Below are positions 49,802 to 61,892 of a stretch of DNA of 64,000 nt, piece after piece. Every line of letters begins with the position of its first letter. Position 1 is the stretch's first letter. The notes under the pieces were generated by a model. It made no database searches. It was given only the letters and a program-made list of their open reading frames with translations, and was not told where the DNA came from. This DNA comes from Prochlorococcus sp. AG-679-M23 (GTDB lineage Bacteria; Cyanobacteriota; Cyanobacteriia; PCC-6307; Cyanobiaceae). Location of the stretch: assembly GCA_003208875.1 (NCBI GenBank), contig QCUR01000003.1:141766-205765 (forward strand). Reading direction: 5' to 3'. The position numbers were made by a program, and so were the translations under genes.

Positions 49802-50941
49802 GTGATCGGGTTCATTTCAGAGAAATTATTAATCCCGATTCTAGATTTTTTCTACGGGTTAGTACCCAGTTATGGATTGGCCATAGTTGCACTAACAGTC
49901 GTAATTAGAATCGCTCTATTCCCACTAAGCGCAGGTTCTATTAGAAGCGCTAGGAGAATGAAAATAGCTCAGCCTGTAATGCAAAAAAGGCAAGCAGAAA
50001 TAAAGTCCAAATTTTCAAGCGACCCAAAGAAACAGCAAGAGGAATTAGGAAAATTAATGAATGAATTTGGTAGCCCTCTCGCAGGATGTTTACCTTTAAT
50101 TGTTCAGATGCCTGTTTTATTTGCATTATTTGCAACTTTAAGAGGATCACCATTTGCAGATGTACCTTACAATATCAACTTAAAAGTCTTACCCCAAGAT
50201 CAAATTGCGGCTATTGATCCTAAACCTTATAAATCTCCGAGACATTCAATCTTTGTTACAGAAAAATCCCATTTTCCTGTTATTGCCACTCTACCTAACG
50301 GTACCAAATTGGGTTCCGAAGAATCAGTTAAGATAAACTTGCAAACAACAAATGGGAACAATTATTCTGAAGTACTTTCAAAATATGATAATGGTTCAAG
50401 ATTTCTTCCAACTTGGACAGTTTCAAAAGGTTCAGAAAACATTAAAGTTTCTCAAGAGGGATTAGTTACCGCAATCAAGCCAGGGGATGCAACAATTGAA
50501 GCTAAAATACCTGGATTGGCAGCAAAAAGTGGATTTTTGTTTATTAAAGCACTTGGACAGGTTGGGTTTTATGTAGACGGTTCAATTAATTGGGATATAG
50601 CTACTTTAGTTGGAGCTTTCGGTTTAACCTTACTACTCTCACAAGTTTTATCTAGTCAGGGGATGCCTTCAAACGCTCAACAATCCACTGCTAACAAAAT
50701 CACTCCTGTAATGATTACAGGTATGTTCTTATTTTTTCCTTTACCAGCTGGAGTATTACTTTACATGGTTGTAGCGAACATATTCCAGGCATTTCAGACT
50801 TTTCTTCTAAACAAAGAAGCTCTTCCAGAAAACTTACAAAAAATTCTTGATGATCAATTAACAGGCAAAAATAAAGTAATACCTTCCACTGCCAACATTT
50901 CAGATAAAAGATTACCATTTGAACCTAATAACAAAAAATAG
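49802..50941 (+). CDS. yidC: Membrane protein insertase YidC
   Basis: [32 protein letters not shown]. Confidence 0.95.
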   Translation: MIGFISEKLLIPILDFFYGLVPSYGLAIVALTVVIRIALFPLSAGSIRSARRMKIAQPVMQKRQAEIKSKFSSDPKKQQEELGKLMNEFGSPLAGCLPLIVQMPVLFALFATLRGSPFADVPYNINLKVLPQDQIAAIDPKPYKSPRHSIFVTEKSHFPVIATLPNGTKLGSEESVKINLQTTNGNNYSEVLSKYDNGSRFLPTWTVSKGSENIKVSQEGLVTAIKPGDATIEAKIPGLAAKSGFLFIKALGQVGFYVDGSINWDIATLVGAFGLTLLLSQVLSSQGMPSNAQQSTANKITPVMITGMFLFFPLPAGVLLYMVVANIFQAFQTFLLNKEALPENLQKILDDQLTGKNKVIPSTANISDKRLPFEPNNKK

Positions 50942-50961
50942 TTTTTCTTTTTAGATAGATA

Positions 50962-52428
50962 ATGGAATCTTGGAGTAGAAATTTCGAATTACTTATAAAC
51001 TCCAGAACTCCTCTAATTTGGATAAGGACCAAAGAAGAAGAAAGATTATCCAAAGTTATAGATCAATCATGTAAAAAATTAAATATTAAAAGGTTCGTAT
51101 CTTGGGATTGTGTTAATGGAATCAAGGGAGTACTAAATGAAAATGGCAAATTTTCGAACAATCCGCTAGGAGTTCTTAATTGGATAAAGGAACAAACGTC
51201 TGAATTACCTACAATTTTATTGGTAAGAGACTTTCATAAGTTTTATGATGATCCATCTATCAGTAGAACAATAAAAGAATTATCATCTTCACTCAGAGAA
51301 ACGAAAAATCACCTAATTCTTAGTTCACATATATTGCCATCATCTGAAGAACTTGACGATTTAATTACAATAATTAACCTACCTCTTCCTGATTTAAGTG
51401 AACTGACAGCTCTTATAAAAAAAATTGCTTTTAATACTGATTCTGATTTAAGCGAACAAGACCTAAACGAGCTTGCCATAGCTTCAAGTGGATTAAGCGA
51501 AATAAAAGTTAAGCAAGTAACAGCAAAAGCACTCACTCAAAGAGGGAAAATCAGTAAATATGACATTAAAGATATTCTTGAAGAGAAAAAACAAGTTATT
51601 GCTAGAAGTGAAATATTAGAATTTTGTGAAAGTAAGTCAAGTCAAAATGATATTGGAGGTTTGAAATTATTAAAAACTTGGCTTAAACAAAGATATAGAG
51701 CTTTTTCAAAAGAAGCCCAAGAATACGGATTGCCAATTCCTAAAGGTGTCTTATTAGTTGGACCACAAGGAACTGGGAAATCTTTAACAGCCAAATCAAT
51801 TTCTGAAAGTTGGTCAATGCCTCTTCTTAGACTTGATGTCGGTAGATTATTTTCAAGTCTTGTAGGGTCAAGTGAGGCAAGAACAAGAGAGACAATTTCA
51901 AGAGCAGAAGCAATGTCTCCCTGCATCCTATGGATTGATGAAATTGATAAGGGATTTGGTGGGGATGCTAGAAGTGATGGAGGAACTAGTCAAAGAGTTT
52001 TAGCTAGTTTGCTAACTTGGATGGCAGAAAAAGAATCAGCAGTATTTGTAATTGCTACCGCTAATGCTATCGATAAGCTCCCAGCAGAATTATTAAGGAA
52101 AGGCAGATTTGATGAGATATTTTTTCTTGATTTACCTAATTCTGAAGAAAGATTGAGTATCCTTGATTTGCATCTTAAGAAAAGGAGACCAAGCTATAAT
52201 TTTCCTCTTTCAACAATAATTGATCGCACAGATGGATATTCAGGAGCGGAACTTGAGCAAGCAGTTATAGAGGGTATGCACTTTTCATTTTCTGAGAATA
52301 GAGAATTAATGGAAAAAGATTTAATTAAAGCTGTTTCTGAATTAGTTCCATTATCTCGAACAGCTAAAGAACAAATTGATTTCTTAAAAGAATGGTCTTC
52401 TACAGGCCGAGCTCGTTCTGCCTCTTAG
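50962..52428 (+). CDS. ycf46: Ycf46-like AAA+ ATPase
   Basis: GPQGTGKS, WIDEIDK, RKGRFDEIFF. Confidence 0.88.
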   Translation: MESWSRNFELLINSRTPLIWIRTKEEERLSKVIDQSCKKLNIKRFVSWDCVNGIKGVLNENGKFSNNPLGVLNWIKEQTSELPTILLVRDFHKFYDDPSISRTIKELSSSLRETKNHLILSSHILPSSEELDDLITIINLPLPDLSELTALIKKIAFNTDSDLSEQDLNELAIASSGLSEIKVKQVTAKALTQRGKISKYDIKDILEEKKQVIARSEILEFCESKSSQNDIGGLKLLKTWLKQRYRAFSKEAQEYGLPIPKGVLLVGPQGTGKSLTAKSISESWSMPLLRLDVGRLFSSLVGSSEARTRETISRAEAMSPCILWIDEIDKGFGGDARSDGGTSQRVLASLLTWMAEKESAVFVIATANAIDKLPAELLRKGRFDEIFFLDLPNSEERLSILDLHLKKRRPSYNFPLSTIIDRTDGYSGAELEQAVIEGMHFSFSENRELMEKDLIKAVSELVPLSRTAKEQIDFLKEWSSTGRARSAS

Positions 52429-52554
52429 TTTCTTTTCAATTTAAAAATGTAAATTAAGTTAGTAATCCCTATATTTAATTAATTTTTCATCAAAAAACTC
52501 TAATAATGATTTGAGATAAACTATCTTATTAGGATATAAAAAAAATTAAAAAGA

Positions 52555-53832
52555 GTGTTAGATCAAAAATTAATAAGAGAAAATCCAACATTTGTGAAAG
52601 ATAATCTTTCCTTAAGAGGAAAAGTTTATAATATTAATTTCATACATAAGCTAACAGTAGAAAGGAAAGAAATAGATATAGAAATATCAGGTCTGCAATC
52701 AGAGAGCAAAAAATTAAGCAAAATAATTGGACAAGAAATAAGAAGTTCTAACAACACTAATTCTCAAGAACTAGACGAGCTTAAGGAAAAGGGCAATCAA
52801 TACAGAGTAAAAGTTTCTGAATTTGAAGAAAAAAAAAGAATATTAGATAAACAACTTAAAGAGGAAATCTCAAAATTACCTAATTTTCCAAGTAAAGAGG
52901 CACCTTTTGGAAAAAATGAAAATAATAATATTAAGATTAAAGAATGGGGCGATCCTCTAAGAAAAGATAATCTCAAAACTCACTGGGAAATAGGAGAAAA
53001 TTTAAATCTATTTGATTCCATAAAATCAACCAAAATTGCAAAAAGTCGTTTTATTACTCTTACAGGCAGTGGAGCGAAGTTGGAGAGGGCTCTTGTAAAT
53101 TTCATGTTAGATGTTCATACAAATAACGGGTACTTAGAATTAATGCCTCCAGCATTGGTAAATACAGAAAGTCTTGAAGGATCTGGCCAGCTTCCGAAAT
53201 TTTCAAATGAAAGTTTTAAGTGTGATAATGATGATTTATGGCTCTCTCCAACAGCAGAAGTACCTTTGACGGCTTTTCATAAAAATGAGATTATTGATCC
53301 AAAATATTTACCTTTAAAATATGTAGCTTACAGTCCATGTTTTAGAAGAGAAGCAGGTAGTTATGGAAGAGATACAAAAGGTTTAATAAGGCTTCATCAA
53401 TTTAATAAAGTCGAATTATATTGGTTTTGTGATCCGAATAAATCATTAGAAGCTCATAAAGAGATAACTGCAGATGCAGAAAGTATATTAAAAAAACTGA
53501 ATTTGCCATACAGACTAGTAGATATTTGTACTGGAGATTTAGGCTTTTCTTCTAGCAGAACTTTTGATCTTGAGGTTTGGTTGCCTAGCAGTAAATCTTA
53601 TAGGGAAATATCCAGTTGCAGTAATTGTTTAGACTTTCAGGCTCGAAGATCATCTATAAGAACAAAAATTGATAAGAAAAATTCATATATACACACTTTA
53701 AATGGAAGTGGTTTAGCTATAGGGAGAACAATGGCAGCAATTCTTGAAAACGGTCAACAATCTGATGGGAATGTTAAAATTCCGGATGCTTTAGTTCCTT
53801 ACTTTGGATCATCTTTCATAAAAACCACTTAA
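52555..53832 (+). CDS. serS: Serine--tRNA ligase
   Basis: [39 protein letters not shown]. Confidence 0.97.
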   Translation: MLDQKLIRENPTFVKDNLSLRGKVYNINFIHKLTVERKEIDIEISGLQSESKKLSKIIGQEIRSSNNTNSQELDELKEKGNQYRVKVSEFEEKKRILDKQLKEEISKLPNFPSKEAPFGKNENNNIKIKEWGDPLRKDNLKTHWEIGENLNLFDSIKSTKIAKSRFITLTGSGAKLERALVNFMLDVHTNNGYLELMPPALVNTESLEGSGQLPKFSNESFKCDNDDLWLSPTAEVPLTAFHKNEIIDPKYLPLKYVAYSPCFRREAGSYGRDTKGLIRLHQFNKVELYWFCDPNKSLEAHKEITADAESILKKLNLPYRLVDICTGDLGFSSSRTFDLEVWLPSSKSYREISSCSNCLDFQARRSSIRTKIDKKNSYIHTLNGSGLAIGRTMAAILENGQQSDGNVKIPDALVPYFGSSFIKTT

Positions 53833-53841
53833 TATATACTA

Positions 53842-54921
53842 ATGAACGTTTTAACCTCAATAACTGTCTTGGGATTCCTCATTTTTTTTCATGAAATGGG
53901 TCATTTTCTTGCGGCAATATTACAAGGAATATACGTTGATGGGTTTTCTATTGGCTTTGGTCCCTCAATAATACAAAAAAAATATAGGGGTATAACTTAC
54001 TCATTTAGAGCCTTTCCTTTGGGAGGATTTGTTTCATTCCCTGATGAAGAAATCAACAACATTGAACCTGATGATCCAAACCTTTTAAAAAATAGGCCAA
54101 TCATTCAAAGAGTAATTGTGATATCTGCTGGAGTATTTGCTAACTTACTGCTTGCTTATACGATTCTAATATTGAACGTAACTAGTATCGGTATCCCTTA
54201 TGATCCAGAGCCAGGAATTTTAGTTTTAGCAACTCAACCAGAAAAAGCTGCTTTTAAAGCCGGTTTAGAAGCAGGGGATAAAATTCTAAAAATAGATGGA
54301 AATATATTAGGTGTAGGAGATAAAGCAGTAAAATCACTTGTAAAAAGAATCCAAAGTTCATCAGAAGAATCAATATCAATTGAGATTGAGAGAGAGAACT
54401 CTTATCAAAAGTTAACTTTAATTCCTCAAAATATAGATGGCAAAGGGACAATTGGAGCTCAGTTACAACCAAATATCAAAAAAGAAACAAAAAAAACAAA
54501 AAATATTAATGAACTTTTTCACTATACTAATAAGGAGTTTTCATCCCTATTAATAAAAACAATCCAAGGTTATAAAGGACTAATTACAAATTTTTCATCA
54601 ACAGCACAACAATTAAGTGGGCCTGTAAAAATTGTTGAAATTGGAGCTCAGTTATCTGAGCAAGGTGGCACTGGAATATTATTATTTGCTGCATTGATAT
54701 CTATAAATTTAGCAGTTTTAAATTCTCTGCCATTACCACTTCTTGATGGTGGTCAACTTGTTTTTACTCTTATTGAAGGCTTAAGGGGAAAGCCAGTCCC
54801 AGTTAAAATTCAAATAGCTGTTACTCAATCAAGCTTTTTTCTTTTAGTAGGACTTAGCGTCCTATTAATAATTAGAGATACTAGCCAATTACTTATAGTT
54901 CAAAGATTGCTTAATCAATAA
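53842..54921 (+). CDS. rseP: RIP metalloprotease RseP
   Basis: HEMGH, PDZ domain, NSLPLPLLDGG. Confidence 0.93.
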   Translation: MNVLTSITVLGFLIFFHEMGHFLAAILQGIYVDGFSIGFGPSIIQKKYRGITYSFRAFPLGGFVSFPDEEINNIEPDDPNLLKNRPIIQRVIVISAGVFANLLLAYTILILNVTSIGIPYDPEPGILVLATQPEKAAFKAGLEAGDKILKIDGNILGVGDKAVKSLVKRIQSSSEESISIEIERENSYQKLTLIPQNIDGKGTIGAQLQPNIKKETKKTKNINELFHYTNKEFSSLLIKTIQGYKGLITNFSSTAQQLSGPVKIVEIGAQLSEQGGTGILLFAALISINLAVLNSLPLPLLDGGQLVFTLIEGLRGKPVPVKIQIAVTQSSFFLLVGLSVLLIIRDTSQLLIVQRLLNQ

Positions 54922-54985
54922 TTTATTTTTTATTTTGATAGTTAAGCTGTTAGTATAAGTATTATATTTTTGTAGAAAACTTTTA

Positions 54986-55288
54986 ATGGCTAAAAAATCA
55001 ATGATTGCTAGAGAGGTAAAACGTAAAAAGCTAGTAAATAAATATGCTGCAAAGAGGAAATTATTATTAGATGAATTTAATGCTGCTAAAGATCCAATGG
55101 AAAGATTGGAAGTACATAGAAAGATTCAAGGACTCCCAAGGAACTCAGCTCCAACAAGAGTTAGGAATAGATGTTGGGCCACAGGTAAACCAAGAGGTGT
55201 ATATAGAGATTTTGGATTATGCAGAAATCAATTAAGACTAAGAGCTCATAATGGCGAATTACCAGGGGTAGTTAAATCTAGTTGGTAA
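54986..55288 (+). CDS. rpsN: 30S ribosomal protein S14
   Basis: [10 protein letters not shown]...LPGVVKSSW. Confidence 0.97.
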   Translation: MAKKSMIAREVKRKKLVNKYAAKRKLLLDEFNAAKDPMERLEVHRKIQGLPRNSAPTRVRNRCWATGKPRGVYRDFGLCRNQLRLRAHNGELPGVVKSSW

Positions 55289-55480
55289 TTAAACAAAAAA
55301 TTCATAGATTTTAAGAAATTAATTAATTCTAATATTTTAGAAAAAGCCCAGTGATCCTAGTACATTAAGGACTTTATCAATCCTACTCTAGGAATTTTTT
55401 TAAAACCTTATTTAAATAATTCTCTCAATATGTACCTATGAGATGTAAGAATAATTATGTATAGATTTATAATTTAAAAA

Positions 55481-57646
55481 GTGGAAGAAAAAAATACGTC
55501 GATCACGTTTGACGGACGAGAGATACGACTAACTACTGGACTATATGCTCCTCAAGCTGGAGGAGCTGTAATGATCGAATGTGGAGACACATCTTTATTA
55601 GTTACCGCAACAAAAACAAACAAGAAACAACCTGCAGATTTTCTACCTCTAATATGTGATTACGAGGAAAAATTATATGCTGCCGGAAGAATCCCAGGCG
55701 GTTTCATGAGAAGAGAAGGTAGACCTCCCGAAAGAGCAACATTAATAGCAAGGTTAATAGATAGGCCAATGAGGCCTCTTTTCCCTTCATGGATGAGAGA
55801 CGAGATACAAATAGTTGCTTCTTGCCTTTCACTAGATGAAAGAGTGCCCGCAGATGTTCTAGCAGTAACAGGAGCTTCTATTGCGACCTTGTTAGCAGAA
55901 ATCCCATTTTATGGCCCAATGGCTGCAGTGAGAGTAGGGCTTATAGGCGATGACTTTATTTTAAATCCTAGCTACAGAGAAATCGAAAAAGGTGACCTTG
56001 ACATTGTTGTAGCAGGATCTCCAGAAGGAATTGTAATGATTGAGGCAGGAGCTAATCAACTTTCTGAACAAGATACTATCGAAGCAATAGATTTCGGTTA
56101 TGAGGCTGTAACCGAACTAATTAAAGCTCAAGAAAATCTCCTTAAAGACTTAGGCATAAAACAGGTTAAGCCTTCAGAACCAGAAGAAGATAAGGCATTA
56201 GCCACATATTTAGAGAAAAACTGCACGAAACCAATAGATCAAGTTCTAAAGAAATTTGATCAATCTAAAGAAGAGAGGGATCTCGAATTAGATAAAATAG
56301 AACTCGAAGTGCAAACGAAAATTGATTCACTTAAAGATGATAATCAATTAAAAGTTCTTACTTCAGAGAATGAAAAACTAATACATTCTGACTTCAAAAA
56401 GTTAACAAAAAAATTAATGAGAGCACAAATCATTAATGATGGTAAAAGAGTTGATGGTAGAGATCTCGATGAAGTTAGAAAGATATCTGCTTCTGCTGGA
56501 ATACTACCGAAAAGAGTCCATGGCTCAGCATTATTTCAAAGAGGGTTAACCCAAGTCTTATCTACAACCACTTTAGGTACTCCAAGTGATGCTCAAGAGA
56601 TGGATGACCTAAATCCAAGCACTGAGAAAACTTTCTTACATCACTATAATTTTCCACCTTATTCAGTTGGAGAAACTAGACCCATGAGAACTCCAGGGAG
56701 AAGAGAGATAGGTCATGGAGCATTAGCAGAAAGAGCAATAATCCCAGTACTTCCTGGGAAAGAAACATTCCCATATGTCCTAAGAGTAGTAAGTGAAGTC
56801 TTAAGTTCTAATGGTTCCACCTCTATGGGATCAGTTTGTGGGAGTACACTTTCATTACTAGATGCGGGTGTCCCTCTAAAAGCTCCTGTTAGTGGTACTG
56901 CAATGGGTTTAATTAAAGAAGGGAAAGAAGTCAGAATCCTTACAGATATTCAAGGGATTGAGGATTTCCTTGGAGATATGGATTTCAAAGTTGCAGGTAC
57001 TGAAAAAGGCATAACTGCATTACAAATGGATATGAAGATTACTGGATTACCCGTATCTGTTATTTCTGATGCTATCAAAAAAGCTCGTCCAGCTCGATTG
57101 CATATTCTAGAAAAGATGCAGGAAGCAATCGACAAACCACAAGAATCATTATCACCTCATGCACCAAGACTTTTAAGCTTCAGGATTGATCCTGAACTTA
57201 TTGGGACTGTAATTGGCCCTGGAGGTAGAACTATTAAAGGAATTACAGAAAGGACCAATACAAAAATAGATATTGAAGACGGAGGAATCGTAACTATTGC
57301 ATCTCATGATGGTGCTGCTGCTGAAGAAGCTCAAAAAATTATAGAAGGATTAACTCGAAAAGTACATGAAGGTGAAATCTTCTCAGGAGTGGTTACAAGA
57401 ATCATTCCTATCGGAGCTTTTGTTGAAATCCTTCCAGGTAAAGAGGGGATGGTTCATATCTCTCAATTATCTGAAGCAAGGGTTGAAAGAGTTGAAGATG
57501 TTGTAAGACAAGGCGACGAAGTAACAGTTAGAGTTCGAGAAATCGATAGTAGAGGGAGAATTAATCTTACTTTGAGAGGGGTTGCTCAAAATGGTGGTAT
57601 GTCTTATCCTGAGCCAACACCAACACCAGTAGCACCTCTTAGTTAG
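55481..57646 (+). CDS. pnp: Polyribonucleotide nucleotidyltransferase
   Basis: [38 protein letters not shown] and S1 domains. Confidence 0.97.
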   Translation: MEEKNTSITFDGREIRLTTGLYAPQAGGAVMIECGDTSLLVTATKTNKKQPADFLPLICDYEEKLYAAGRIPGGFMRREGRPPERATLIARLIDRPMRPLFPSWMRDEIQIVASCLSLDERVPADVLAVTGASIATLLAEIPFYGPMAAVRVGLIGDDFILNPSYREIEKGDLDIVVAGSPEGIVMIEAGANQLSEQDTIEAIDFGYEAVTELIKAQENLLKDLGIKQVKPSEPEEDKALATYLEKNCTKPIDQVLKKFDQSKEERDLELDKIELEVQTKIDSLKDDNQLKVLTSENEKLIHSDFKKLTKKLMRAQIINDGKRVDGRDLDEVRKISASAGILPKRVHGSALFQRGLTQVLSTTTLGTPSDAQEMDDLNPSTEKTFLHHYNFPPYSVGETRPMRTPGRREIGHGALAERAIIPVLPGKETFPYVLRVVSEVLSSNGSTSMGSVCGSTLSLLDAGVPLKAPVSGTAMGLIKEGKEVRILTDIQGIEDFLGDMDFKVAGTEKGITALQMDMKITGLPVSVISDAIKKARPARLHILEKMQEAIDKPQESLSPHAPRLLSFRIDPELIGTVIGPGGRTIKGITERTNTKIDIEDGGIVTIASHDGAAAEEAQKIIEGLTRKVHEGEIFSGVVTRIIPIGAFVEILPGKEGMVHISQLSEARVERVEDVVRQGDEVTVRVREIDSRGRINLTLRGVAQNGGMSYPEPTPTPVAPLS

Positions 57647-57648
57647 AA

Positions 57649-58551
57649 CTAAAGAGGATATAAATCGTTTTTCTTAATTATTTCTTTTATCTCAGAGCAT
57701 ATATTGCTATGGGTAATGTGATTATTTGATGCAACTATAATTCCTCCATGTTCGAAGTTTGACTTTCCATAAGAAAGTTCTTCATTATCTAAATTTGTTA
57801 TTGCTCCTCCAGCAGCCTTCAAAATAGCCTCAGGCGCAGCAAAATCCCAATCTTTTGGAGCACTTTTCCCTGGAAGGCTTAAGCAAATATACAAATCACT
57901 TTCTCCTCTGACAATTGAGGTGATCTTACATCCTATACTTCCCATAATTAAGACTTCATTAAAGTTAATTTTTTTGATCAACTTTTGTAGCGTTTCATTA
58001 TTATGGTTTTTACTAGTTACTAAAGTCATTTCTTCAAGATTTTTTTTATTAGGTTGATTAGATTTAAGATGAGATTTATCTCTTTTCTCACACCAAACCT
58101 CTTCTCCGTTACTTATCCATAATTCATCTTTTTCAGGTATTAAAACAACTCCAATATATGGTTTTTGCTCATAATTTAATGCTAAGTGCATAGCATAATT
58201 ACTTGTTCCCTGAATGAAATCCTTCGTTCCATCAAGGGGATCAAGTACCCACAACCAGTCTGCGCGAGTATTATGATTATTAGAATCTATCTTTACATTC
58301 TCTTCGCTTAATATTTCCCAATCTATATCCTTATATTTTTCATTAATTCTTTGAATTATTACCTCGTTTACTTTTAAATCAGCTAGTGTTACAGGGTCTT
58401 CAATATTATCATTTTTTAAAATATTGCTTTTATAGTTTGTATCTTTAAGTACTTTAGAATAGTAAAGTAGGATATCAGCAGCTTCCCAACTAAAAATCCT
58501 CAAATCTTCAATAAGACTATTAATTTTTAAACCTGATGGTAATTTAATCAC
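57649..58551 (-). CDS. cysQ: 3'(2'),5'-bisphosphate nucleotidase CysQ family
   Basis: SEE, DPLDGTKDF, WDFAA. Confidence 0.88.
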   Translation of the reverse strand: MIKLPSGLKINSLIEDLRIFSWEAADILLYYSKVLKDTNYKSNILKNDNIEDPVTLADLKVNEVIIQRINEKYKDIDWEILSEENVKIDSNNHNTRADWLWVLDPLDGTKDFIQGTSNYAMHLALNYEQKPYIGVVLIPEKDELWISNGEEVWCEKRDKSHLKSNQPNKKNLEEMTLVTSKNHNNETLQKLIKKINFNEVLIMGSIGCKITSIVRGESDLYICLSLPGKSAPKDWDFAAPEAILKAAGGAITNLDNEELSYGKSNFEHGGIIVASNNHITHSNICSEIKEIIKKNDLYPL

Positions 58552-58554
58552 TTA

Positions 58555-59421
58555 ATGAATATTAAATCTTCATCCTCTCATAAAAATCAAGAACCTGAAA
58601 GTGGTTTTTTATATATTGTTGGTACACCTATAGGAAATTTAAACGACCTTTCTTCTAGGGCTATAAATATTCTTAAAAATGTTTCTTTAATCGCTTGCGA
58701 GGATACAAGGCAGACAAAAAAAATAATGAGCAAATTCGAATTCACAAATAAACTTATAAGTTTTAATAAACATAATTCTTTTAAAAAAATTCCAACATTG
58801 ATTAGTGATCTTAGTTCAGGTAAATCAATCGCACTAGTTAGTGATGCAGGAATGCCAAGTATTTGTGACCCTGGAGAAAATCTTATTAAAAACGCTAGGA
58901 ATAATGGAATAAACGTAATTTGTATACCTGGACCATGTGCTGCTTTAACTGCACTTGTATCTAGTGGCCTTCCATCCTCAAAATTTATATTTGAAGGTTT
59001 TCTTACGAAAAAGAATTCAGAAAGAGAAAAAATTCTTTTAGAAATAAGTAAAAGAGAAATAACAACAATAATATTTGAATCACCCCATCGTCTTATAAAA
59101 CTACTTTATGAATTAGAAAAATATTGCGGGGGGGGCAGAGAAATAAGAGTTTGTCGGGAATTGACCAAAAAATTTGAGCAACACATTGGCGATACTATTT
59201 ATGAAGTTATCGACTTTTTCAAGAACAAAGAAGTAATTGGTGAAATTACAGTTATAGTTAATGGGAAAGAAAAATCTAACAATAATATATATTTTGATAG
59301 CTTTGAAATAAAAAAAGACCTTAATGATTTAACTGAAGCAGGATTAAGCTTATCAGCAGCATCTAAATACTTAGCAAAAAAGAATAATCTTCCAAAAAGC
59401 ACGGTTTATAATATGTACTAA
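58555..59421 (+). CDS. rsmI: 16S rRNA C1402 2'-O-methyltransferase
   Basis: VGTPIGNL, CEDTR, SDAGMP.I.DPG, ESPHR, RELTK. Confidence 0.94.
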   Translation: MNIKSSSSHKNQEPESGFLYIVGTPIGNLNDLSSRAINILKNVSLIACEDTRQTKKIMSKFEFTNKLISFNKHNSFKKIPTLISDLSSGKSIALVSDAGMPSICDPGENLIKNARNNGINVICIPGPCAALTALVSSGLPSSKFIFEGFLTKKNSEREKILLEISKREITTIIFESPHRLIKLLYELEKYCGGGREIRVCRELTKKFEQHIGDTIYEVIDFFKNKEVIGEITVIVNGKEKSNNNIYFDSFEIKKDLNDLTEAGLSLSAASKYLAKKNNLPKSTVYNMY

Positions 59422-59445
59422 AATTAATTTAATTAGTTCTTATTA

Positions 59446-59676
59446 ATGTTATTTTCTTTAAAAAAAATATTCTTTATTATTACATTTAACTCTACTTTAT
59501 TTTTACTATTAATGATTGGAATTCAAAATAGTGAGAATAGTAGAAAAGTAAATCTAATTTTAACCGAAACAATTAAATTACCCATAAGTTTCATAATTGG
59601 ATTAAGTTTTATAAGTGGTTCATTAACCGGAAGTATTGTATCAACAAGCTTCACAAAATCAAAAACAATCAAATGA
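59446..59676 (+). CDS. Small two-TM hypothetical protein (LapA-like)
   Basis: TM-GIQNS-...-LP-TM pattern. Confidence 0.6.
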   Translation: MLFSLKKIFFIITFNSTLFLLLMIGIQNSENSRKVNLILTETIKLPISFIIGLSFISGSLTGSIVSTSFTKSKTIK

Positions 59677-60357
59677 TTAAAGAGCAATTAATTTATCCTC
59701 AGTTACAATTCTTGAGATACCTCTGGACAATAAAAGAGGAGCAACAATCCTAAAAACGTTAGTATTTGGAACTTTTATAACTTTTTGATCTTTAGTACAA
59801 ATTCTTTTTGCATTTTTCAAATCTTCAAAAATTTGAATTGTTGTTCTATTTAAATCTTCCTGAGAAAGAAATTTCCAATCTGGAAAATCTTTTAAAAATT
59901 TAGTTTCCAATTCAATTTTTTTATCCACAATCATGAATACTATTTTTGGTAGATCAACCTCCGAAATAGGTACAGATGATAAATCTTTTTGTGTAACATT
60001 TTCAATTTGATAATCTAGAGGAGCGATTTCAATTAATTGATTCATATACGAGAAATCTTCTTCTTTTCTATCATCACCGATTTCAGAACGATAATTCTTT
60101 TCTTTTAGATCATCGTTTTTAATTTCTGTTTTATTTCTAATAGAAAAATTTGTGTCTTTATTTTTATTGGATTTCTTAGTTGATTTTGCGCTTGAAATTA
60201 GTTCATTATATTTCTTTTCTCCTAAAATTCTTTTTAAATTTCTAGTTATTGTTAAATTTGTACAATTAAATTTTTTAGATAATTCATCAATAGTCTTACC
60301 ATTAGTAAAAAAATCACTTATTTCATTTTTCTGTTTTTCTGAAAGTCTCTTAGGCAT
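59677..60357 (-). CDS. Hypothetical protein with N-terminal HTH
   Basis: GKTIDELSKKFNCTNLTITRNLK. Confidence 0.7.
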   Translation of the reverse strand: MPKRLSEKQKNEISDFFTNGKTIDELSKKFNCTNLTITRNLKRILGEKKYNELISSAKSTKKSNKNKDTNFSIRNKTEIKNDDLKEKNYRSEIGDDRKEEDFSYMNQLIEIAPLDYQIENVTQKDLSSVPISEVDLPKIVFMIVDKKIELETKFLKDFPDWKFLSQEDLNRTTIQIFEDLKNAKRICTKDQKVIKVPNTNVFRIVAPLLLSRGISRIVTEDKLIAL

Positions 60358-60491
60358 AGATTTATAAATAATGTATGATTTAATTTAAGATTAATAATAA
60401 TCTAATATAAATTATCTTTTTGCATAATAAATATCTCGAAAAAAATTATTTTTATTGTTGAAGCTTTAACTGTCAGATATAATATCAAGAT

Positions 60492-60565
<74 letters not shown>

Positions 60566-60584
60566 TATATTTTTTCACACATAA

Positions 60585-61889
60585 ATGAATGAAACGAACA
60601 AAATTAAGTTTTTTAAAAAAAGAACTTTAGGAGAATATGGAAGTTTACTTTTTCTTGCGGGAATATTCTTTTTACCTTCAACATTATTTATAGGACTATT
60701 ATTATTATTATCTGCATCTATTATAGGAGCTTTTTTACAAGACAAATCTTTTTTTAAAGATAGATGGAATTATTCTCTTTTATGTTTTGGTGCATTAATA
60801 CTACTTAGCACGTTTCTACAAAACTACATTTTATTAAATAACTTTGATAAAATTTGGGATCCAAAGCTATCAATAATTGGGTTAGGCAATTGGCTTCCAT
60901 TTATTTGGTTCTTTTGGGCCTTGCAGCCATACCTTAATTCAAAACAAGCAAGATTATTATTTTCAATAGCTCTTTTAGCTGGAAGCTTTCCTGTATTAAT
61001 AACGGGATATGGTCAATACTTTTTTAATTGGACTGGCCCTTTCGAAACACTTAATGGACTAATTATTTGGTACCAAAGACCTATAGAAATTCCTGGAGGA
61101 TTAACCGGTTTATTTAATAATCAGAACTATGCAGGAACGTGGCTTAATTTTATTTGGCCATTTTGCATTGTTTTCCTCATGAAGAAAAGAAACTCCTTTT
61201 TTAAAAGAATAATTAGCTTTGTATTCCTTATTTCTGTGGGTTTTGCAGCATTTTTAACCTTTTCAAGAAATGCATGGTTAGGTATATTAATATCTTCATT
61301 AATTATTTCAGAAAAAAAAAGACTCGTATTTACGATATTGGGAATTGGATTAATGTTTATTTTTTTATTCTCTCCAATCTTCAGTGAGGTAATTCAAAAT
61401 AGTATAAGAAATATTTTACCTGAGAGAATCTTCCTAGAATTTTCTCATGAGGGATATGTTGGACTAGATGTTACTAGAACCGAAATTTTCTCAAGCGCAA
61501 TTCAACTTATAAAAAACAATCCTATTTTTGGCATTGGAGCTGGATCATTTCCAGAAATATTTAATTCTCAAACAGGCTTTTGGAAAGGCCATACTCATAA
61601 TCTTCTTCTTGAATTAGCTATTAGTTATGGGTTGCCTGCAACCATTGTTATTTTTATTACTTTCAGTTTTATAATAATTTTATCAGGTAAAATTATTTTC
61701 TTACAAAAAAGATTAGATATAATTTCACCAATTGATAAAGCAATTTGGGCATCATTATTTTTCTTTTTAATTTCACAATTAGCGGATATACAATATTTTG
61801 ATGGAAAGATAAGTACGGTTATGTGGATATTCATGGCAGCACTTAAAAAAATAATAGATATCAGTAATAAACCAATCTTAGAACGTTAA
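60585..61889 (+). CDS. O-antigen ligase/polymerase family protein
   Basis: Multi-TM; LTFSRNAWLG, PIFGIGAGSF, HTHNLLLE. Confidence 0.88.
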   Translation: MNETNKIKFFKKRTLGEYGSLLFLAGIFFLPSTLFIGLLLLLSASIIGAFLQDKSFFKDRWNYSLLCFGALILLSTFLQNYILLNNFDKIWDPKLSIIGLGNWLPFIWFFWALQPYLNSKQARLLFSIALLAGSFPVLITGYGQYFFNWTGPFETLNGLIIWYQRPIEIPGGLTGLFNNQNYAGTWLNFIWPFCIVFLMKKRNSFFKRIISFVFLISVGFAAFLTFSRNAWLGILISSLIISEKKRLVFTILGIGLMFIFLFSPIFSEVIQNSIRNILPERIFLEFSHEGYVGLDVTRTEIFSSAIQLIKNNPIFGIGAGSFPEIFNSQTGFWKGHTHNLLLELAISYGLPATIVIFITFSFIIILSGKIIFLQKRLDIISPIDKAIWASLFFFLISQLADIQYFDGKISTVMWIFMAALKKIIDISNKPILER

Positions 61890-61892
61890 AAA